From NCBI RefSeq assembly GCF_006345805.1, contig NC_042998.1, positions 8,494,001-8,558,000 of the forward strand: a stretch of 64,000 bases of DNA, written 5' to 3'. The notes beneath the pieces are model-generated. The model was not told where the DNA came from. It was given only the letters and a program-made list of their open reading frames with translations, and ran no database searches. Shown piece after piece: positions 56,157 through 64,000 of this stretch; positions within the stretch are counted from its first letter, which is position 1, and every line of letters starts with the position of its first letter. Made by a program: the position numbers and the translations under genes. Origin of the DNA: Octopus sinensis (lineage: Eukaryota).

Positions 56157-56362
56157 GAAGAAGTAATCCCGCCAGGTATCGATGAACTACTTGAGGAAAT
56201 TAATGTGAAGAAAAATTATCGCATATTATTGAAAAAATTTGAACGCTTCATTTTGAAAGCTATTTCTTTTAACCTTTCCCATCCAACTTCACTATACTTT
56301 CTGGAATATTATGCTGATGTTTGTATTCGGAATGCTGATTTGAGTTGTATAGAAGCTTTAAA
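56157..56362 (+). CDS. CCNO: Cyclin-O-like gene, exon
   Basis: ttttAG|EEVIPPGIDELL...FERFILKAISFNLSHPTSLYFLEYY...|GTaagt; ends in phase 2. Confidence 0.88.
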
Positions 56363-56720
56363 GTAAGTAGTTTTTTTGGTGGGAGAGGGGATTCTTTAGC
56401 TTTTTCAGTGCCTTTTTTTAACTACATAATCTAATCGAACATTAGTTACCAAAAATACAAAATGAAGCCATATTATTTAGTTTAGATTAAACCATTCGCT
56501 CATTGAATAGAACGTTTATTCGTTTTTCCGTTACATCGATTACCTTTGAAAAACAAACAATCGATATTGTTTTTAGTTTATTCATTTTCGTACCGTTTAA
56601 TTTATAGACTTGACAATACAGCCTTGCATAAAACCTAAACTACCTATTGCTTATCTAACACATTGATTGAGAACTTAGTAGAATTTAGATACACTATTTA
56701 TCTTTTGTTTTTCTTTTCAG

Positions 56721-56985
56721 AAATTCCTTAGCTACATGCCGCTTGGTACTAGAACTTTCTCTCCAAGATTACCAATTGTCACAGATAAAACCATCATTAT
56801 TGAGCATATGCCTATGGCTACAGAGCATTTCCAATTCGAAGGAAGTTTCTGGATTCATCTTACCAAATGAACATTACAGTTCATCTGCTTTTAATGACTG
56901 CTTCAATAAAGTTAGATGGTTAGTTTCGAGTCTTCGACGGCGTTATCCTGATTTAGATACCATAAGTAAATGGTATAAATCTTAA
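56721..56985 (+). CDS. CCNO: Cyclin-O-like gene, last coding exon
   Basis: ttttcAG acceptor in matching phase 2. ELSLQDY..PSLLSIC resembles CCNO ELSLADY..PSLLAIC. Stop TAA at 56983-56985. Confidence 0.85.
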
Positions 56986-59099
56986 CTTATACATAACTTT
57001 GTTACTTTGAATTTGTTCTTAAAAAAAGACACAGTTCCTAGAAAATCTCTATTAGGTACTTCAGTTGATATTTATTTTTCTGAAACTTGGACTTTTAGTT
57101 TGCCATTTTATCTATTTCTTGAAAAATATTGTAGAGGAAAAAAATGTTTTTTCCTTAACTAAACAAACAGCAGAAATCACTGTATTTTTATATGTCTACA
57201 TTCTGCTTGAAGGTATTGTCATAGACCATATTTATATAGATATAAAATTTGTTATAAATGTTTTGTTTACATAAGTGTCTTAGTTGGTTTTCTTTCTTTA
57301 GAAAAATACCGAGTTTTCGTACCAGCCTGGTAGTTACAAAGCTACCAACACTATATACTAAACTAGTTTTCTGAGGAAAGATGTTTTGAGTTGTTTTACA
57401 AGACTGTTGGACAATTGGTTTGGAGTGTTACATTTTGCTATTAGCTGCCGGTCTATCAGTAAAACTACACTTTGATCAAGGTTTACGTATCACGAAGTAA
57501 AGTTCTATCCATTGCAGAGATTAACGGGAAAATATGGGTTATATAGAAAATCTCCAAATCCCTATTGGCATAGGTTGATTTTCATCATGAATAATTCCAA
57601 GCTTTAACTGCGTGTTCATACGTGTATGTATGCATAGGTGTACACACACACACACACATACATACACAAACACAGGTCATTTATTCATACTTGTAAAAAT
57701 ATTTTATAGTTAAAAACATCAAATCTCAGCTTGCTTCTAGTTCCCCCTATAAATGTTTGAAGGTTATCGATATCTAGAAAGCGAAAATTCAAACAATATC
57801 TCTTCGTTCACAACACTTACGAACAGATATTTCAAACACTTGAAATATTTGAGCTGAAACCCCATTTCAAATGTATTTGACCAAATACATTAGTTAGTCG
57901 CTTTTTCGCCTTTTATAAATTAAAGTAGAATTCACTTTTGAATAATTAATTTCAGGGATGAAAGACTTTGTGTATCTTTGCACAAAGTAAAATACAGAGG
58001 ATATTTGTTGGTTTAGATTATTTTCACAAAATCTGTATTTTTGAAATTTTATTTTTGAAGTTTGAAACACACATTGTTCAAAGATGTAATGTAGAAGAGA
58101 ATATTCAAGTTTGAGTAAAAGAATGTTTGTTTGCAATAGGGGAGAAAAAATTTGATTTTGTCAGTTTTAACCAAGAAAACTGATTAGATGAGCTAAGATG
58201 GAGACTTACGTGATCTGTTTGTCATATTTTTAAAACTGAAGTCGCGATCACTGTGATTCGGTTTCGAGTCTTACATTAAGCCACTTTACTTCTGTAAGCT
58301 ATTTTACTTACATGGCTAATTCAGTTTCATCTCCTCTAAAAATACAGGACCTTGGCTCGGTGTAGCCTTCGCAATCCTGAAGTAGTGTATACGAGATTTT
58401 CAACCTGTCTGTTAGTGAATGCTACACATCTGAGCAAAACCATTGCAAAAGAAAATATAGGATTGGTTATGATTTGCTCGGTTCTGAATTAATGTTTCTA
58501 TACAAGACGGGTTGCAACAAATTTCCCGGAGAATTTGTATTTGGAAACGTCTGACAGAATTTGTCTGCGTCAGTCCTCTGACTACTTAATGGTAAACCAA
58601 AAGTAGGTTTCATCCTACATCAGATTAAGCATTAGATTCTTTTTGCGTCGCACCAAGAAAAACTTCATGCTTTCGTCTGTTTGTCTGCATCAATGAAAAT
58701 CCGTTATTAGTTTGTTTTAAAGTGTAGTTGTCATACTAAGGAGATAGTTACATCTCCAAACATTTTTTTCATAGTTGATATATTACCAAAAAGAACATTT
58801 ACAAAACCTCTCCTTTAAACATAAAGGCCATTACATGAGTAGATGGTCGATTGAATTGAAACTAATACTAGTGATAAATATTTCCTCACCATTCACATTT
58901 AGAGCGCTTACAAGCACGTTCAGTCTCAAGAGAATTTATACCCACGATGTAACCAAATGCTGAAAGGCATTTCGCCCGGCACTCTTGTATCCGCCAGAGA
59001 GCTTATTTTTAATTACCCGCAAGGAGCTAAACATAGACAGGACAATACACACATGCGAGGACACATACCATATGGAAAAATTAAATTTACAAATAAAGA

Positions 59100-61150
59100 T
59101 GGAACGGCCGACCCGATCCCGCTCCAGGAAGGTTACGTTATTTCAATTATTTCAAGATTCTTTAACAGTTCTTTTAAACTTATTCTCCACTTTCCATTTA
59201 TGTTGGTTTTAATGTCCTCATAGTTCACCAATGGAGCGCCGGGTTCGACATTTACCTCGGGCCCCAGTGCGTCTATATCTGATGGGAAAGCCTCCTTCAG
59301 CATTCTGTACTTTTCTTTCTCCATCAGGACACATCTCATCTCCTTATCGTAATCCTCCGAGAGGTTCACTCTAACAATCTTTCATTTCCATTATTCTCCT
59401 TTCCAATTTTTTGGGTCGTCCGATATGCTATCAAAAATTTGTTTCTATGTACTTCCTGTGTCTGTAAGTCTGTTCTTTTTGGTTTTTGTGACTGTTATCA
59501 TGCGTCTGTCTAAGTTTCTTTGTGTCCGTGTGACTGTGTTGTCTAAGAGCTAGTATGCTTGTGTGATTGTAAGCCTGTATGTTTATTTCTTTATTTCCCA
59601 CAAGGGGCTAAACATAGAGGGGATAAACAAGGACAGGCAAACGGATTAAGTCGATTACATCAACCCCAATATGTAACTGGTACTTATTTAATCGACGGTG
59701 AGCTGGCACAAACGTTAGCGCACTGTGAGTTCAAATTCCGCCGAGGTCGACTTTACCTTTCATCCTTTCGGGGTCGATAAATTAAGTACCAGTTACGCAC
59801 TGGGGTCGATGTAATTGACTTAATACATATCTGTCCTTGTTTGTCCCCTCTATGTTTAGCCCCTTGTGGGTAATAAAGAAATAGGTACTTATTTGATCGA
59901 CCCTGAAAGGATGAAAGGCAAAGTCAACCTCGGCGGAATTTGAACTCAGAACGTAGCGGCAGATGAACTACCACTAAGCATTTCGCCTGGCGTGCTAACG
60001 TTTCTGCCAGCTCGCCGCCTTCATGTAAGCTTGTATGTTTGCTTGATGTTGTTCTACTTGCATCAATTTTTCTCGATGATCCCACGGACGTACTGCTTCT
60101 ACTTGCTATTGGTTGGCTCACTTGTTCATGTACTTTATATTTCTTCTGTTCCATTTTTGGCGGTGAACTCTTCTCTCTTCCTCGACTTAACCTCCACAAA
60201 CTCTGTTTGCTCTTCCACTTCCTAGGTCTGCCTCTCCACCTCCATCACGCTTTCTTGCGTTTCTACCTCTTCATTTTCCATCACTATTCTGGGGAACCTT
60301 CTAATGTGCCCCTTTTCACCACACTCATAGCACTTTGGAGGTCTCTCCTCCAGCATTACATCCAATTTGTCTTCATTTAGCGGCTCCAATGTTTCAGGTA
60401 TTGTTTCTGACTCGTCATAAACATTTTCTCTAAACCATACCACCACAATTTACTTGTTGGGTCTGCTTTATCATAATTACCCTCGCTTTTTCGTTATCTT
60501 CTTCCTCATTTGCGGTGAAGATTGCCGCTAATATCTTCTCTGGTTCGATTCTCGGTGGGATCCCGCCCAACCTAATCCTAGTCGCTCGTTTAACCTGGCC
60601 GTTGGGCTGAAGTATCCGTTTTCTCCCCTTATTACCTTAGTGGTGCGTTTTTTGCCATCTCTTCTGAGACAAATGTGACTGCCACTGAAGCGTATCCTTT
60701 TCCTCTTGTGAAAAACGTTATATTTTCTTTTAAATCTTTTAGGCATTCTTCCACTTTCTCCTCCGTTGAGTTCTGAAATCTCTAATTTTTCTTTGAAAAA
60801 GATCTGTACCCCCATCACTTTGTTTTCTATCTTCTCCTAGTCTTCCTCTGATGGGGCCAACTTTACGCTTGACTCCTCTCTCTTTACAATATCTTTATAT
60901 TTCTTAAATTTCTGAAGCATTTCTGAATCGTAGCATATTTCCTTTTGTTCCAGCATGTTCGGGATGACAGGAGCCTGACTCCCCGTTGCTGCCGCGTAGC
61001 TCTTCATTTTTTCGTTAGTCAGTAACGCCCACCAAACAATGATAGCGTTATACTCAAAAACTGCACAAAACAATCCAACAAAACATAAAGCACCAAACGA
61101 ACACTATGACGCACAGTGCAAAGCTAAGAAGGCATCCGCCAGAGAGCAGC
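59100..61150 (-). mobile_element. Decayed ORF1/gag-like retroelement (SYAAA motif, zinc knuckle)
   Basis: Co-linear minus ORFs: KSYAAAT.. (60837-61073), 60528-60818, CYECGEKGHI (60222-60446), 59924-60199 and 59133-59369. No RT found. Confidence 0.65.
59584..60023. mobile_element. Family A SINE (minus) containing a second family A SINE (plus, 59697-59883)
   Basis: Outer TSD tgtaagc.tgtatgttt at 59567-59583 and 60024-60040; inner duplication ggtacttattt.atcgac at 59679-59696 and 59884-59901. Confidence 0.8.
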
Positions 61151-62654
61151 CATCCACTTATATATTGGAATAATATACATGCTAAAAAATGTGAATTATA
61201 ATTTTAAAAGTATGACTCAATTTGCATTTTTAAGATTAGGTGCCGCTATCCAGAAATCGCATAGCTTCATATAGTAACTAAAGCCAAGAATACGATTACA
61301 ACACAAAATTCTGGCGGCGTACCCATTATTATTCTAAGATGTCTGTTTCAGATCAAATTGCTTTTCTCTTTAAGAGTTGGGTGGGTGAGTCAGAGTTCAC
61401 TCTTTAAATATACATGTTATGACGAATGCCACTGTTCTATTGAATACAAAGAATCGAGTTGAAAGTGGCAATAACATGGTAACATGTGAAGTTCTGTAGA
61501 CAAATATACAAAGCAGTCTCCACAACATTTTTGTAAAAACAAAATTCTACATTTCCTAAACAAAGGCAATACAGGCCACAAAAACATTAACAGGAACAGT
61601 ATTAACAGTTAAAAAGGAATTGTCAAAGAATTGTTGCCATAATCAGACTGCAAGAGCAAGTAAACTAAAAATTCATGCACCGAACACTCTCAAAGTTGAG
61701 ACTGTTTGTATGACGGAAGCCATATCTCTCGGAGTATACAGACAGATTTGACACTTGTGTTTATTTACTAATGATTTACAAACTTAGAGAAATATGTTGC
61801 TTAGTATGTCTTTTGTGGTGGGGAGCACTTAGAGTAAAACAAAAATGGAAGAAATAAAAATGTCGAAGATTGAATCTACATTCTCTCCTTATTTTTAGAC
61901 ATACATACATATATATATATATGTATGTATATAAACATTAAACAATGAAAAATGCCCCACCCAACATCCGCTCACATCTTCTCGGGGCGTTGTCGAACGT
62001 TTTAAGAATCATTTCAAACGGATTGTTCGAAAAGCTCATAAAACAAAACATACCTTAAAACAATTGTTTCTTTTTGTTTTTTAAAACAAAACTTCTTTCG
62101 AGACAACTAATTTGTCTCTTTCATTCAGCTCTCGCATTCCCTAAGTGTACATGTTACATAACGCGTGTGTATTCGGTAAATCTTTTAAAAATAAACATCT
62201 ACACATTAAAGAGTAAACTATAGAGTTGGGTGTATCTTAGACTTTGGTCTTTTGGTCACTTTAGTATTTAAATAATCGTATTTTCAAAGCCCATTGTGTT
62301 CATGTGTATTACTAGTTGTGTACATTAGCAGTTCTCATTCTTCGTGGTTTCAACTCCTGACAACCATCTGAAATATCGACTTTTCTCAATCAATTAGCGA
62401 AATTTCAATGACAGATTTCACTGTATGTAGCAATCGAAAACTCATGTAGAGGTTCCCTCTTTAGCTCGAGAAATGTCAGAGATGTTTTTAAAAATTCCGT
62501 TCTAGAGATTTTTCACTGAAGTTGATGACTGAATCAAAGCAATAATTGAATCTGATTGTCATAACCGTGCGAGAGATTGTAGAGAGATTAAATGTATCAC
62601 ACAACAATTGAAAATCACTTAAAATGTCTTGAACTCGTTAAGAAGCTCCATATT

Positions 62655-63425
62655 TGGACCCTTGTGGGCACTAAAGAAATAAGAAGTTCGATATTTGGGC
62701 TCCACATAAATTGAAAGAGATTCACTTAATACAACGTATCAATATTTGCGATAAGCATCTCGAACGCAATGAAATCGACCGTTTTATTTTTTTTAAATCG
62801 CTTGTGAGGAAAAATAACATCACTCGAAAACGATCATGGCCCAAGCCTGCTGAATCAGCGCAAACCACATCGAATGCTGAATTGCATAAAAAAGGCCATG
62901 CTGTCAATTTGGTGGGATTACAATGGTGTTGCGTACTTTGAGCTGCTTCCAAGGAACCAAACGATCAATTCAGATGTTTAGTGTCAACAACTAATGAAAC
63001 TGGAAGCAATAAAAAAACGGCCAGAATTGGGAAATCGTAAAGAAATCTTGTTCCACCGTGACAACGCTAGACCACATACGTCTTGGCTAACTCATAAAAG
63101 AATTATTGGAGCTTGGTTTGGAAGAGATGTCACATCGAACATATAGCCCTGACCTTGCTCCATTTGATTACCATTTATTTCGAAGTTTGCAAAATTCTTT
63201 GAATGGTAAAACTGTCAATATTGATGACCTGAAATCGCACCTGCTTCAGTTTTTGGCTGATAAGGACCAGAAGTTCAATGAGCATGGAATCATAAAGTTG
63301 CCAGAAAATAACGAATGGTCGAACAAATTGGAAAATATATAATTGATTAAAGGTCATTCTTTGCATGAAAATAAAAAATAAAGTTCACACTAAGAAACCG
63401 AAATTACTTTCTTGCCAAGTCAATA
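62655..63425 (+). mobile_element. Mariner remnant, 5'-truncated
   Basis: LKEIHLIQRINICD, HRDNARPH-like and YSPDLAPFDYHLFRSLQNSL fragments; TIR-like end aattactttcttgccaagtcaata. Confidence 0.85.
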
Positions 63426-64000
63426 GTATAGTATGCATTTTCTCTGAGAAAATATATTTTTAAGAAAATACTTTTCGTAATTGCTCTATACTTTTCGAAT
63501 CAGTAAGTTTTCTCATTGTTTAAGGCGGTGTTTAAGAGGGGGGGCGAGCAATATGCAATATTCTTGGCTTTTATGTCAGAAGCTAGGAACTAAAACAAAT
63601 TTGGGAAAAGCAATGAGCCCTCATGAATTCCAGCATTTGGAGACTTTATCATTCTTTGATTTGATACTTATTACAGTTGAACGGTATACTGAAAACATTT
63701 CATTTGAATACGAAACACACACCTGTTGGAATTCAAAAGAATTCTTAGAACGAAAGTATCTTCACCTTTGGCACAACTTGTCAAAATCGTTGCCTATAAT
63801 ACGTGTAGTAGCAATTTTTTGTTACCAGATGCGTCCCGTTGCAAAGTCTAGAGACAGATTCCAAGAAGAATTATGGAGCCGTCTTTCTTAATGATTAACG
63901 AACATGGTGAGATTTTTAAGATTCGGCAAACTTGAAAGCCTACGTGGATTTATGTTATCTACCGTTTCATTTATTGGGGCTAAAATAGCTCTTTCTTGGA

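Overview
AT-rich, microsatellite-dense animal genomic DNA. The SINE families and composition suggest an octopus or other cephalopod; this is an inference from recognising the repeats, not a database result. Only one host gene is clear: a spliced cyclin-O-like (CCNO-like) gene on the + strand, with exons at 52071-52442, 54876-55061, 56157-56362 and 56721-56985; its start exon was not found. The rest is mostly mobile DNA: several tRNA-derived SINE families, R4/Dong-type LINEs sitting in (TAA)n, a 5'-truncated Penelope-like element (RT + GIY-YIG), mariner/Tc1 remnants, two non-autonomous Helitrons, hAT- and Merlin-like MITEs, and a gag/ORF1-like remnant. The main unexplained signal is RNA-structural. 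I can hand-fold type I hammerhead ribozyme motifs from about seven unrelated sequence families, each with a palindromic (dimer-type) stem III. (1) A 445-bp direct repeat at 23986-24780 (about 1.8 units, identical copies) carries a hammerhead in each unit and looks like a retrozyme/circular-RNA cDNA insertion. (2) A fully canonical hammerhead lies in the Penelope pLTR at 26175-26260. (3) Natural core covariants occur at the 3-8 tertiary pair: G3-C8 at 45553-45676 and U3-A8 at 25235-25271. (4) Several head-to-head fold-back insertions carry a hammerhead in each arm. All ribozyme calls are structural predictions made by eye; none has been tested for activity.
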